Origin: a virus
Taxonomy: Duplodnaviria > Caudoviricetes
Strand: one strand, 5' to 3'
Length of the DNA: 55,397 nucleotides
Virus record (IMG/VR): IMGVR_UViG_3300033512_000165
Location: 1-55,397 of that record
The notes under the pieces were generated by a model, which searched no databases, was not told the origin of the DNA, and saw only the letters and a list, made by a program, of their open reading frames with translations. Numbering within the stretch: the first letter of the stretch is position 1; each line of letters starts with the position of its first letter. Positions 9,082-19,305 of this stretch are shown here, piece by piece. Both the position numbers and the translations under genes were made by a program.

Positions 9082-12000
9082 TTAAGAACATTTACTCCAT
9101 GAACATTGAATACATGAAACACATCCATCTTTATATATTAGCGGTTCTCCACATTCGGGACATTTTTCTGTTGATTTTTCCCCATCTTTAATAAACTTTT
9201 TCAATAATCTCATTACTCCACGTTTCCAATTTGTCATAATATTTTCAATATCATTTTCAAATTTAAGACTATCAACTATTTTATTAAGATATATAATAGG
9301 AACACCGTGTCTTAATAAAGCACTGATAAATTTAGCATAATTCCAAACTTCTCTATCAAAAACTCTATTAAGTCCTTGCATTGTTATTTCATAACCTTGT
9401 TTATCTTTATAAATAAAATCATATCTACTACCATGCCCATTATCTTTTATTTTTGTAACAACACCATTATCAACATAATTAGGAATAGGAAAATCTTCTA
9501 ATTTACCAGTAAATAATTCATAAGGTTGTCCATTTAATAATCCTATTACTCCTATCCATTGTTCTTTATTATTAACAAATCTAATAACGTTTGTATCCAA
9601 TTCTTTTGGACGTTTGGGGGCATTATTTATATTGATAATATCTTTAACTTCTTTTTCTTTATTATTTACTAAAACACCTGTTCTACTACCTTCTCTATAA
9701 ATTGTAAATCCCTTGCAACCGAGTTCCCATGCTTTTAAGTATAATTCAGATATTGTTTGTTCAGATACATCTTCAGGAAGATTTCCTGTACGACTTATCG
9801 AATGCGAAATATATCGTTGGCATATTCCCTGCATTTCAACACCTTTTATATAATCTATTGTAGATGCAGTTGCATTATAATACGGACTTAATTCATAAAT
9901 CATATTTAATTGTTCATCGGTAAACATATCAATATTATCATGCTCAAAATTAAATAATTCTTTATTTATAAAATAATAATCTTTTAATCCTTTATGTATA
10001 ATATTATATTCTTCCCATGCATCACCATTTTGGTCAATCGTTGTAATTTTACTATTGTTTTTATCATTAGGATTTATCTTTTTTCTACGTTTATAAAATG
10101 GCATAAAAAGTGGTTCAATTCCAGAAGTTGTTTGAGTTTGAATACTAATCGACCCAGCAGGTGAAATTGTTGATATAGCTATATTTCTTCTACCATACTT
10201 ATTATGTAAATCAAATAATTCTTCATCCAAACTTAATATAAAGTTTATAAAATTATCATTTTTTTCTAATTTTTTATCATAAATAGGAAATGTTCCTCTT
10301 TCTGAAGCTAAAATAACAGAAGATTTATGTTCATATATTGCTTTAATTTTAAAGATTTCTTCTATCATATTATTTGCTTCATCTGTACCAAATTTTAAGT
10401 TTAATGATGCAATCATATCTCCTAAAGCAGTTATTCCTGTTCCTGTTCTTCTTCCTAATACAGCTTTTTCTTTTATTTTATTCCATAGATTTAATTCTAC
10501 TAATTTTGTAAATTCGTCTTCTGGGTCGGAATTAATTTTATTAATAATTCTATCAATCTTCTCAATTTCTAAATCAATAATATCATCCATAAAACGTTGT
10601 GCGTATATAACGTGTTGTTTAAATAATTCAAAATTAAATTTAGCATTTACAGTAAATTTATTTTCAACATAGTTATATAAATTTATAAGTAATAGACGGC
10701 AACTATCATAAGAACACAATGGGATTTCCCCGCAATTGCTTGATAATGATCCATTTGCGAATAAATTGTGATTATCTTTTACAGTAATATCATAAACATC
10801 TTCCTTAATATCATTTTTAATTATATTTAATACTTTATCGGATATAATATCAAATACTTTCAAATGGTTATTATTATGTTGTTCTAATAATTGAAATAAA
10901 ATATCATTTGAATTTAAATCTTTAGCTTGAACTTTTCCTCTATTTTGAGTGTATATTTCATGTTCGGGTGTTACTGTTAATTGTGTAAATGAATTTTGAA
11001 TTGTAATTACTTCTGCATTTTTTTTTGTTAATAATCCATTTAGTAATTGTTTATATTCCAATTTGTTTGTTTTATTATTAAATGATAATATTTCAAACTT
11101 TTCATTATTATTAAATCGTTCTACTAATTCCTTAATCTTTATTGTAAATTCATTATTGTTTTGTTTTACATTTATAAAAGTATTACCTGAAAAACATGGG
11201 TTGGTACTTATTGTCTTAAATCCTTCATAATTATCAGCAGTACTATTTTTTATAATATTATCCCAAAATAAAATACCTGGTTCAGCAGATTTCCAATTGT
11301 TATGTATTAATTTATCAAATAGTTTTTTTGCACTTATTTTTTTAATTTGTAATCCATTTTCTAATCTGATAATTTTATTATATTGTATATTATTAATAAA
11401 TTCTTCATCTAAATGAGTTGTATCATTAATAGGAAAACGTTGTATATAATCAGTATCATTTTTAACACAATTCATAAATTCATCATTAACTTTAACCGAT
11501 ATATTTGCTCCTGTTATTTTATCTTGTTGTAATTTTGCATTAATAAAATCTTCACTTTCTATTGATTTAATATCTATTGATAACATTAATGCTCCTCTTC
11601 TACCATCTTGTGCAACTTCTCTTGTAGAATTAGAAAAACGTTCCATAAACGGAACAATTCCGGTTGAAGTAATAGCACTATTCATAACTGGAGTTCCTTT
11701 AGGTCTTATGTGAGATAAATTGTGGCCGACACCCCCTCTACGTTTCATTAGTTGAACTTGTTCCTGGTCTGTTAATAATATCCCACCGTAACTATCTGAT
11801 TCATTACCGATTACGAAACAATTATGTGTTTTAACATTATTAATTATATAACTTTCATCATCCAACACACTTAAATTATATACAATTCCGTCATAATCAA
11901 TTGTATCCTTTTTAAAATATTTAATAAATAATTCATTATCTCTTTTATAATATCCTAAATTGCTAATTTTTTGTCCTATACATGTTTGTCTTTTATCAAT

Positions 12001-13335
12001 ATAGTATTTGGACATATTTTTTCTTAATTCTATTGAATTATAATTGTTAATACAAATAGAAAATGAATCATTATATTTTGATTTTGTTTTAAATAATCTT
12101 TTTCTATTTGGAATATTTAATATATATAATAAACTTTGTATATCATTTATTAATGATTCATTTGACATAGTTAAACGAATTGCTCCATCACTTGTTATCA
12201 TTCCATCTGCATCAAAAATACCTAATAAAAAATTATAAATTATATCATTATTTGAATTAAATATAAATGCTGGTATCTTTTTATTAGCATATCCTACTCC
12301 AAATTCTGTCGATAAAAAATTGCAAAGTATCTCACTACTTGTACGTAAATAATTATAATTATATTTTTGTAAATTACCACTAATATTTATATTTAATCCT
12401 ATATTTGATTCAAATATTATTTTTAATTTATTTAATGATGATTGTTCATTTTTATTAAATACAATATTAAATCCGTCTAAATAACTTTTATTTGATTTAT
12501 TTCCATGGTCATTATAAATACTACCATCTCCTATAAATCTACCTAATAAATATGCAACATCTATATTAATTGGTATAAATCTATTTATTTTATTAGTAAA
12601 TTTATGAGATTTAATATTATTACCTCCTACAAAATTAGTTTTTAGTTGTAGAATGTTATTCTCATTTATTAATTCTTTATTATGTTTTTTTAATTCATCT
12701 TCGTTAATATAATTTAATAAATCAACAATATAAATTTCATTATTATTATTTTCTTTTGTAAGAACACATAATTCATTATTATCTATAGATTTTGTCCAAA
12801 TTTCATTACCATTATAAAAAGGATGTTCCAATGTACATTTAATATCTGTGGATAACATTGTATCATAGTATTTGTTAATTTTTCCTGTATATTTACGTTG
12901 TAATGTATTAACAACAGGTTTCCAATTACCTTTATGAGTTAAAACTAAATCTCCAATTTTAACATCCTTAATTTTTTTATTACCATTAATTGTTAATACA
13001 TAATTATCTTCTGTAAAACAATTACTCAAACTGTTATATTGAAAATCGTTACCGATGCCATTTAAAGGACCACCTTGAGGAACTATATATTTAAAATTAC
13101 TCAATAATGAGTATATAGTATCATATGAAATAGGATTTGGATATTTTTGTTCTATACGTTCAAGTTCCAATGAAACTCTTTTAATTGTATCATTTGGATT
13201 TAGTTCATATAAATTATTTTCACTGTCTTTTAAACAATATTTATCTATAAAAACTTTTGTGGCAAGTTCATCATTATTAAAGTATTTTAATGTTTCATTA
13301 AATACTTCTTCAAAAGTATACTTATTCATTATCAA
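9082..13335 (-). CDS. nrdJ: class II (adenosylcobalamin-dependent) ribonucleotide reductase with two inteins
   Basis: SLSN|CFVIG, MKRRGGVG, GRRGALM, TNP|CGEIPL, SPAGSIS, TTSGIEP, GCKGFTIYREGSR and C-terminal CxxC..CxxC motifs. Confidence 0.93.
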   Translation of the reverse strand: MIMNKYTFEEVFNETLKYFNNDELATKVFIDKYCLKDSENNLYELNPNDTIKRVSLELERIEQKYPNPISYDTIYSLLSNFKYIVPQGGPLNGIGNDFQYNSLSNCFTEDNYVLTINGNKKIKDVKIGDLVLTHKGNWKPVVNTLQRKYTGKINKYYDTMLSTDIKCTLEHPFYNGNEIWTKSIDNNELCVLTKENNNNEIYIVDLLNYINEDELKKHNKELINENNILQLKTNFVGGNNIKSHKFTNKINRFIPINIDVAYLLGRFIGDGSIYNDHGNKSNKSYLDGFNIVFNKNEQSSLNKLKIIFESNIGLNINISGNLQKYNYNYLRTSSEILCNFLSTEFGVGYANKKIPAFIFNSNNDIIYNFLLGIFDADGMITSDGAIRLTMSNESLINDIQSLLYILNIPNRKRLFKTKSKYNDSFSICINNYNSIELRKNMSKYYIDKRQTCIGQKISNLGYYKRDNELFIKYFKKDTIDYDGIVYNLSVLDDESYIINNVKTHNCFVIGNESDSYGGILLTDQEQVQLMKRRGGVGHNLSHIRPKGTPVMNSAITSTGIVPFMERFSNSTREVAQDGRRGALMLSIDIKSIESEDFINAKLQQDKITGANISVKVNDEFMNCVKNDTDYIQRFPINDTTHLDEEFINNIQYNKIIRLENGLQIKKISAKKLFDKLIHNNWKSAEPGILFWDNIIKNSTADNYEGFKTISTNPCFSGNTFINVKQNNNEFTIKIKELVERFNNNEKFEILSFNNKTNKLEYKQLLNGLLTKKNAEVITIQNSFTQLTVTPEHEIYTQNRGKVQAKDLNSNDILFQLLEQHNNNHLKVFDIISDKVLNIIKNDIKEDVYDITVKDNHNLFANGSLSSNCGEIPLCSYDSCRLLLINLYNYVENKFTVNAKFNFELFKQHVIYAQRFMDDIIDLEIEKIDRIINKINSDPEDEFTKLVELNLWNKIKEKAVLGRRTGTGITALGDMIASLNLKFGTDEANNMIEEIFKIKAIYEHKSSVILASERGTFPIYDKKLEKNDNFINFILSLDEELFDLHNKYGRRNIAISTISPAGSISIQTQTTSGIEPLFMPFYKRRKKINPNDKNNSKITTIDQNGDAWEEYNIIHKGLKDYYFINKELFNFEHDNIDMFTDEQLNMIYELSPYYNATASTIDYIKGVEMQGICQRYISHSISRTGNLPEDVSEQTISELYLKAWELGCKGFTIYREGSRTGVLVNNKEKEVKDIININNAPKRPKELDTNVIRFVNNKEQWIGVIGLLNGQPYELFTGKLEDFPIPNYVDNGVVTKIKDNGHGSRYDFIYKDKQGYEITMQGLNRVFDREVWNYAKFISALLRHGVPIIYLNKIVDSLKFENDIENIMTNWKRGVMRLLKKFIKDGEKSTEKCPECGEPLIYKDGCVSCIQCSWSKCS
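10735..11196 (-). mobile_element. mini-intein (154 aa) in NrdJ at the thiyl-radical Cys
   Basis: NP|CFSGNT...TPEH (block B)...VYDITV..NHNLFANGSLSSN|CGEI; no endonuclease domain. Confidence 0.9.
11821..13020 (-). mobile_element. intein (400 aa) with LAGLIDADG homing endonuclease in NrdJ
   Basis: SN|CFTED...TLEHPF...LLGRFIGDG...LLGIFDADG...VYNLSV...KTHN|CFVIG. Confidence 0.93.
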
Positions 13336-14057
13336 TAATTAAAAAGGTTATTATTTTGTTTATTTATATTATTCAATCTGTTTTTTATAATTTCAAAATA
13401 TTCTTCATTTTGTTCAAATAAAATAAATTGTCGATTCATTTCTTTAGCAACAACTCCTGTTGTTCCTGAACCAGCAAATGGGTCAAATACAATATCATTT
13501 TCATTTGAAAATACTTTCAATATTCTTTCTATTATTTGTTTTGATTTTTGAGTTGGATGATTTACTCGTTCTTTACTCCAAGGAACAATAGGAGATATAT
13601 CAGTCCAAACATTTGATAATGCTCTTGTATCATGACCGTTTTTATCTCCCATTCCTTTGGTTTTTTTGATTATATTACTATATGCAAGTTGTTTATTAAA
13701 TGTCCATTCATTTGATTTAACATACCATAATAAATCTTCCCGAGTTGAAACCAATCTTTTTGTTGCACCTCGTCCTTTGATTCTATCATATATAATCCAA
13801 TCATTTAATTTAAAACGTTTATCAAAATCATTGATAACATTAATGACAAAACTCCAACCAGAAAAGATTAAAATTTGTCCTGTTGGTTTAAGTATTCTAT
13901 GAAATTCAGATGATATATAATTAATATTTTTAAAAGTGTCCCACTCAGCATAATTAATATTATAAGGTGGGTCAGTAACAATAATATCGATACTGTTATT
14001 TGGGATATGTTTTATTAGTTCATAACTATCTCCTAATTTTATATCTTCAATCATCAT
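13332..14057 (-). CDS. amino-DNA methyltransferase (N6A/N4C, beta class)
   Basis: TDPPY followed by HPTQK and DPFAGSGTT. Confidence 0.92.
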   Translation of the reverse strand: MMIEDIKLGDSYELIKHIPNNSIDIIVTDPPYNINYAEWDTFKNINYISSEFHRILKPTGQILIFSGWSFVINVINDFDKRFKLNDWIIYDRIKGRGATKRLVSTREDLLWYVKSNEWTFNKQLAYSNIIKKTKGMGDKNGHDTRALSNVWTDISPIVPWSKERVNHPTQKSKQIIERILKVFSNENDIVFDPFAGSGTTGVVAKEMNRQFILFEQNEEYFEIIKNRLNNINKQNNNLFNY

Positions 14058-14463
14058 ATCTATATATTAATTTATTTATACTATAAAATCCAAATAGTGA
14101 TAACACTATATATGTTATATAACGATATTCAATAAATATTTTTTCATCTAATAAATAACTAACTAATACAATTATAATTGTATAAATCACATTAAAAGAT
14201 TTATGATATAAATAATAAACATATTCATTAAGATTATTATTTTTATATTCAATATTTCTATCAAAAAAGTAAAAACAGAACATTATTAATAGTGTATGAC
14301 TTATATAATAATAACCATATAAATTACTTGTATCAATAAAATTACATACAATAGTAATTATTATCACAATCAATAATACTAATGATTTTTTACTAAAATA
14401 ATCTAATAGTTTTTTATATTTATTTTTTATTATCTCTTTATTTATTACTATATTATTAATCAT
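14047..14463 (-). CDS. membrane protein (about 4 hydrophobic segments), possible holin
   Basis: Hydrophobic stretches; overlaps the amidase gene. Confidence 0.5.
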   Translation of the reverse strand: MINNIVINKEIIKNKYKKLLDYFSKKSLVLLIVIIITIVCNFIDTSNLYGYYYISHTLLIMFCFYFFDRNIEYKNNNLNEYVYYLYHKSFNVIYTIIIVLVSYLLDEKIFIEYRYITYIVLSLFGFYSINKLIYRYDD

Positions 14464-15088
14464 CTGAATAAATATATTTTTTTATTTTATCTACATCTAC
14501 ATATTTTCCTGGACATGATTTATTATCATTATAATGATTATGTCCATATATATTTTCTATTGAAGGAATACTTATTAATAAATATCTACACAATCCAACT
14601 AAACTCTCTAATTGTTTTTGTGTAGGTTTATAATCATTTAATTGACCATCTAATACTATTCCTATACTGTGAGTATTATTTTCTTTACAATGAGCTGTAA
14701 TGCTTATTAACCAATTAGTTTGAAATATTGTTCCAGAACTATCAATTTGATAATGATAACTGTGTCCAAATCCAAAATTATCAATACCTATTTGAGCTAC
14801 TTCGTATGGAGTTTTATTAAATGCTCCATCTGTACAATGAATAATGATTGTATTAATATCACTTTTTTTTCTTGTATTATATTTTTTTTCACTTGGTAAA
14901 TCTGCTATTATATTTGTTATGTTTTTTTCATTGATTTCTATAATTTTTATCTCATTTAATGATTTATCCTTTTTTTCAACTACATTATTTAAAATATTTT
15001 TACTGAAAAAAGTAAATATCATTATAGTTAATATTATTGTTATAGTTATCCAAAATACATACTCAAATATTTTTTTAATTGTTTTCAT
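14456..15088 (-). CDS. N-acetylmuramoyl-L-alanine amidase (Amidase_2, T7 lysozyme-like) with N-terminal TM segment
   Basis: IIIHCT, YHYQI, AHC..N..SIGI, GHN...KSCPG. Confidence 0.9.
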   Translation of the reverse strand: MKTIKKIFEYVFWITITIILTIMIFTFFSKNILNNVVEKKDKSLNEIKIIEINEKNITNIIADLPSEKKYNTRKKSDINTIIIHCTDGAFNKTPYEVAQIGIDNFGFGHSYHYQIDSSGTIFQTNWLISITAHCKENNTHSIGIVLDGQLNDYKPTQKQLESLVGLCRYLLISIPSIENIYGHNHYNDNKSCPGKYVDVDKIKKYIYSDD

Positions 15089-15094
15089 GTTATA

Positions 15095-15152
15095 TATTTT
15101 ATATATACTAAAATAAATTAAATAAAAAATATTTTTTAGTATTTATTTAAAA
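15095..15152. promoter_or_regulatory. divergent putative late promoters
   Basis: GTATATATAAAAT (- strand, about 15095-15108) and GTATTTATTTAAAA (+ strand, 15139-15152). Confidence 0.6.
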
Positions 15153-15157
15153 ATACA

Positions 15158-15898
15158 ATGAAACATATTAATGAAAAAATAGAAATACCTGTTGAAATAG
15201 GAGATACAATATATACAGGTAAATTTAAAAATAAAAAAACAGTTGTTAAATCAATAGGAAAAGATGAAAAAGAACAACCTATAATAAATAATAAAACTAT
15301 TCTTAAATTTAAAATTCCTAAAAAACCAAATATCACTTTTGAACAATTAAATGATTTAATTAAAAATACTGTTTCTAATATAATAAACGAAAATCATAAA
15401 TACTCTTCTGGTTGTTTAATGACGTATATAGATATTAATAATTGGAATGATTTATTAAATAATATAAATAAAAATGATTTATATACCGAAGAAGATGAAG
15501 AATATGGATTAGAATTTAATCCTCATATTACTATTCTATATGGATTTGAATTGGATAAAGTCAATACTTCTGATATTGATAATATATTAAAAAATATAAA
15601 ACAAATATCAGTTAAAACAAACGGAATATCACTATTTGAAAATGATAAGTATGATGTTTTAAAAATAGATATTGTTTCAGATGATTTAAACAAATTGAAT
15701 AGGATTTGTTTAAATCATCTAAATACAAATAAGTATCCTACTTATGAACCACACATGAATATTGCTTATTTAAAAAAAGGAATGGGTAAAAAATATATGA
15801 AAAAAATAAAACTTAAAAATACTGAATTTATATCATCTAAATTTGTTTATTCATATAGCAATGATAAAGGTAATCAAAAATATATCATTAATAAATAA
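15158..15898 (+). CDS. 2H phosphoesterase (T4 gp57B/Acb1-like) fused behind a small N-terminal domain and an internal leader
   Basis: GLEFNPHITILYG and YPTYEPHMNIAY 2H motifs; ITFEQLNDLIKNTVSNIINE precedes the domain. Confidence 0.8.
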   Translation: MKHINEKIEIPVEIGDTIYTGKFKNKKTVVKSIGKDEKEQPIINNKTILKFKIPKKPNITFEQLNDLIKNTVSNIINENHKYSSGCLMTYIDINNWNDLLNNINKNDLYTEEDEEYGLEFNPHITILYGFELDKVNTSDIDNILKNIKQISVKTNGISLFENDKYDVLKIDIVSDDLNKLNRICLNHLNTNKYPTYEPHMNIAYLKKGMGKKYMKKIKLKNTEFISSKFVYSYSNDKGNQKYIINK

Positions 15899-15902
15899 AA
15901 GT

Positions 15903-15916
15903 GTATTTATATTAAA
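15903..15916 (+). promoter_or_regulatory. putative late promoter
   Basis: GTATTTATATTAAA. Confidence 0.7.
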
Positions 15917-15938
15917 TAATTTAAAAAAAATAAAACTA

Positions 15939-16274
15939 ATGACAACAAAACAAAAACAATTATTAGAGTCTTACATCGAAAAACAAGTAAGAAAACATTT
16001 AACTGAAAGTTTAGTGTATAGTGCAATAAAAAAAGCAGTTGATGGTAAAAGTAATAATACTACAACCAAATCGGGTAAATGGAAAATTGATATGGATTAT
16101 AAATATGATTTAGAATTAGCAATTTATTATGATAATACTCATATTATTGATTATTCTTGTGGAGGCAGACCATTAAAAGTAAAGGACTTTAATACATATA
16201 ATGAAGAAGAATTTAAAAAACAAATTATTATGGTAAAAGATGCCCTAATTAAGTTAGATTATCCTGTTAAATAA
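15939..16274 (+). CDS. putative virion internal protein (leader MTTKQKQLLESYIEKQVRKHLTE)
   Basis: Start moved to ATG 15939 because it matches the leaders at 31435 and 39123. Confidence 0.7.
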   Translation: MTTKQKQLLESYIEKQVRKHLTESLVYSAIKKAVDGKSNNTTTKSGKWKIDMDYKYDLELAIYYDNTHIIDYSCGGRPLKVKDFNTYNEEEFKKQIIMVKDALIKLDYPVK

Positions 16275-16284
16275 TATACAAATA

Positions 16285-16311
16285 AAAACCTACTATTAAA
16301 TAGTAGGTTTT
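16285..16311. terminator. bidirectional intrinsic terminator
   Basis: AAAACCTACTAT...ATAGTAGGTTTT between convergent genes. Confidence 0.85.
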
Positions 16312-16323
16312 ATTATTTTAAGA

Positions 16324-17079
16324 TTATTCATTTATTGTTTCGTATGCTGGAACATAGTAAGTAAATTCTAAATCTTCATTATCATACATAAATTTAAATT
16401 TGGCTACATTATATTGTTTACTAACTAATAATTGACCCAATATAAAATTTTTACTTGTTTTAAGTATTTTTTTAAATATATCAATATTAAATGGAATATA
16501 GTTATCCCATGCATCTTTGAATTGTTTAACATCAAAACTAAATTTACCACTATCACTAATTTTATTTTTTGAATAGTTTACAACAATTGATGCTGTTCCA
16601 TCTTCATTTACTTTAATTGATACATTTTTTGCATCTTCAACTGTTTCAATTTTACTAAATTTTCTAATAAAATCGGGGTCAATTTCAATTACTGTATCAA
16701 ACATATCATCTGTACCTTGAAATCCTTTAAATGTATTAAGAATAAGTTCTGGGTCACTTAGTTTACAATATTTTTCAACATCTTTATCTTTAAAGTACAA
16801 ATATGTAAATCTATCATGTTCTTCATCTTTAAGAATTTTAATTTCAACATCATTATCCATTGAAGCTATACTTGATAAAATTGTGTTGGCTTTATTTATA
16901 CCAATTGTACAATTATCAAACTCATTAGCATTTTTTAAAAATCCTTCTCCCATAACTGTTTTAGATTCACTTCTAAATTTAACGTTTAATACACCATCTT
17001 CGATTTTCCAAATTGAATCTTGAATTTCACCATTTAATGCGTACTTTTGTACAAAATCCTGTAAGTTTTCTTTTTTCAT
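16324..17079 (-). CDS. putative DNA polymerase sliding clamp (gp45-like)
   Basis: 251 aa, acidic, two-domain beta/alpha pattern ending in YYVPA; a clamp loader is present in the window. Confidence 0.6.
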   Translation of the reverse strand: MKKENLQDFVQKYALNGEIQDSIWKIEDGVLNVKFRSESKTVMGEGFLKNANEFDNCTIGINKANTILSSIASMDNDVEIKILKDEEHDRFTYLYFKDKDVEKYCKLSDPELILNTFKGFQGTDDMFDTVIEIDPDFIRKFSKIETVEDAKNVSIKVNEDGTASIVVNYSKNKISDSGKFSFDVKQFKDAWDNYIPFNIDIFKKILKTSKNFILGQLLVSKQYNVAKFKFMYDNEDLEFTYYVPAYETINE

Positions 17080-17174
17080 ATTTAATATTTTATTTATTGT
17101 TTATTTTAAATTAAAATAAATATAAATGAGGTTTAATTAAATTTTTAATTATTGTCCAAATAATATATAAATAA

Positions 17175-17199
17175 AAACCTACTATTAAATAGTAGGTTT
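17175..17199. terminator. intrinsic terminator after groEL
   Basis: AAACCTACTAT...ATAGTAGGTTT. Confidence 0.85.
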
Positions 17200-17204
17200 A
17201 TTTT

Positions 17205-18884
17205 TTAATATTCTTCCTGATAATCTTCTTCGTTATCTTTATTTTTTTGATTTATATTTATTACAACAGAATCAGTTAATAAGAATGTTGAAGCTACAGA
17301 TACAGCCTTTTCAAGTGAAGTTTTAACAACTTTAGTAGGGTCAATAATACCATCTAATATCATATTAACATATTTTTTAGTTCTTAAATTAAACCCATAA
17401 TTTTTTTCATTTTTATTTAATATTTCATTCCAATATACTTCACCATTTAACCCAGCATTTTGTAATATTTTATTGAATGGTTGTTTAATAGCATGTTTAA
17501 GAATATTAAATCCAATAAGTTGTTCGTTATCATTAATTCCTAATTCAGAAGGATTTAATTTATTTAATTCTTCATAAATATACATTAAAGCAGTTCCTCC
17601 TCCTGGTAATATACCATCTTCGATAGCGGCTTTAGTAGCATTTAATGAATCTTCTATTCTATATTTTTTATCTTCTATTTCAATATCACTATTACCTCCT
17701 ACACTTATAATAGCAACACCACCAATCATTTTAGCCAAACGTTCTTGGAATCGTTGTTTTTCAAAATCATTATCACTTCTTTCGATTTGATTATGTATTT
17801 GTTCAACACGTTCTTCAATTTTAGTAACTTCTCCATTACCATCTATAATAGTACTTTGTTTAGTATCACAAGTGAATAATCTACTACTTCCTAATATAAT
17901 ATCAATATCATATAATAATTCATCATGTTCATTAACAATAGGACGAGTTAAATTTTCAATTTCTATTCCTTTTTCTTCACTTACAACAACTCCACCTGTT
18001 AGAGTAGCAATATCTTCCATCATTAATTCACGTTGATTACCGTATCCTGGAGCTTTTACAGCACATACTCTTGCAATACCTCTTACTTTATTTACAATTA
18101 GTGTACTTAATGCTTCTCCACTAATATCGTCTGCAATTATAACAAGAGAAATATTATTCATTGCAGTATATTCAAGAATATTTTTAATTTGAGGAATTGT
18201 TTGAATTTTACCTTTGTATAATAAATATTTAGGGTTTTCGAATTCAACTTGCATTGTTTGTTGATTTGTTACAAAGTAAGGACTTAAATAACCATTTAAA
18301 AACTGTAAACCTTCGACTATTTCTAAACTATCTAAACCAGTATTACTTTTTTCAACTGTAATTACTCCATCAATACCTACATTTTCAAATGCTTCGGATA
18401 TAAGTTCTCCTATTTTTTCATCTCCGTTTGCAGATACGGTTGCAATATTTTTAAAATCCGATTTATCGGTAATATTTTGTTTTGAATTATCTAATTTGGA
18501 TATAATAATATCTTTTGTTTTTTCTAATCCTTGTTTTAATTCAGTTACATTAAAATCATCTTCTAAACGTTTTAATCCTTCAGTAATAATAGCATGTGTT
18601 AAAACGGTTGCTGTTGTTGTTCCATCTCCAGCAATTTTATTTGCATGTATTGAACTTGTAATTATTGTCTGAGCACCTATGTTTTCTAATTCATCTTCTA
18701 ATACAATTGATTTAGCTACAGTAACACCATCACGAGTAGAAACTATTTTACCTTCGTCTAATTGTATCATTACATTATGTCCATTTGGACCTAAAGTTGA
18801 ACTAACTGCATTATATACTTTATCAATACCTTTTTTCATTTTATCCCTGGCTTCTTTACCAGATACAATTTTCTTTTTGTTCAT
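17205..18884 (-). CDS. groEL: chaperonin GroEL
   Basis: TLGPNG, DGVTVAK, AGDGTTTATVL, KAPGYG, GGGTAL, GIIDPTKV. Confidence 0.97.
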   Translation of the reverse strand: MNKKKIVSGKEARDKMKKGIDKVYNAVSSTLGPNGHNVMIQLDEGKIVSTRDGVTVAKSIVLEDELENIGAQTIITSSIHANKIAGDGTTTATVLTHAIITEGLKRLEDDFNVTELKQGLEKTKDIIISKLDNSKQNITDKSDFKNIATVSANGDEKIGELISEAFENVGIDGVITVEKSNTGLDSLEIVEGLQFLNGYLSPYFVTNQQTMQVEFENPKYLLYKGKIQTIPQIKNILEYTAMNNISLVIIADDISGEALSTLIVNKVRGIARVCAVKAPGYGNQRELMMEDIATLTGGVVVSEEKGIEIENLTRPIVNEHDELLYDIDIILGSSRLFTCDTKQSTIIDGNGEVTKIEERVEQIHNQIERSDNDFEKQRFQERLAKMIGGVAIISVGGNSDIEIEDKKYRIEDSLNATKAAIEDGILPGGGTALMYIYEELNKLNPSELGINDNEQLIGFNILKHAIKQPFNKILQNAGLNGEVYWNEILNKNEKNYGFNLRTKKYVNMILDGIIDPTKVVKTSLEKAVSVASTFLLTDSVVININQKNKDNEEDYQEEY

Positions 18885-18889
18885 ATATT

Positions 18890-19213
18890 TTATCTTTTTA
18901 TAAATAATATTTCTTCTTCTTTTCCAACATAGTATTTTTCACCTTTTTCTTCAAATTCATATAAACTAAATTTAGGTACTACAACAATATCACCTACTTT
19001 TACATTCATTGGATAACGTAAGGATTGAGTTTTATTACTTGTTAATAATTTAGTATCAGTAATATTTCTATTTAGTAATCCAGGTCCAATAGCTATTACT
19101 TCACATTCCATTGTTTTATTTTGTCCCATTTCTGGTACAATTATTCCACCTGTAGTTTTTAGTTGTTTAACTTGTTTTAGTACAACTTTATTGTCAATTG
19201 GTTCGTAATTCAT
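18890..19213 (-). CDS. groES: co-chaperonin GroES
   Basis: PIDNKVV, TTGGIIVP mobile loop, VIAIGPG, VKVGD. Confidence 0.93.
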   Translation of the reverse strand: MNYEPIDNKVVLKQVKQLKTTGGIIVPEMGQNKTMECEVIAIGPGLLNRNITDTKLLTSNKTQSLRYPMNVKVGDIVVVPKFSLYEFEEKGEKYYVGKEEEILFIKR

Positions 19214-19275
19214 ATTTTTTATTTTGTTATTATTGTTTACATTAAAATAAAAATAAATAAAAATATTTTATTAAA

Positions 19276-19300
19276 AAACCTACTAATGAATAGTAGGTTT
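19276..19300. terminator. intrinsic terminator
   Basis: AAACCTACTA...TAGTAGGTTT. Confidence 0.8.
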
Positions 19301-19305
19301 ACTTT

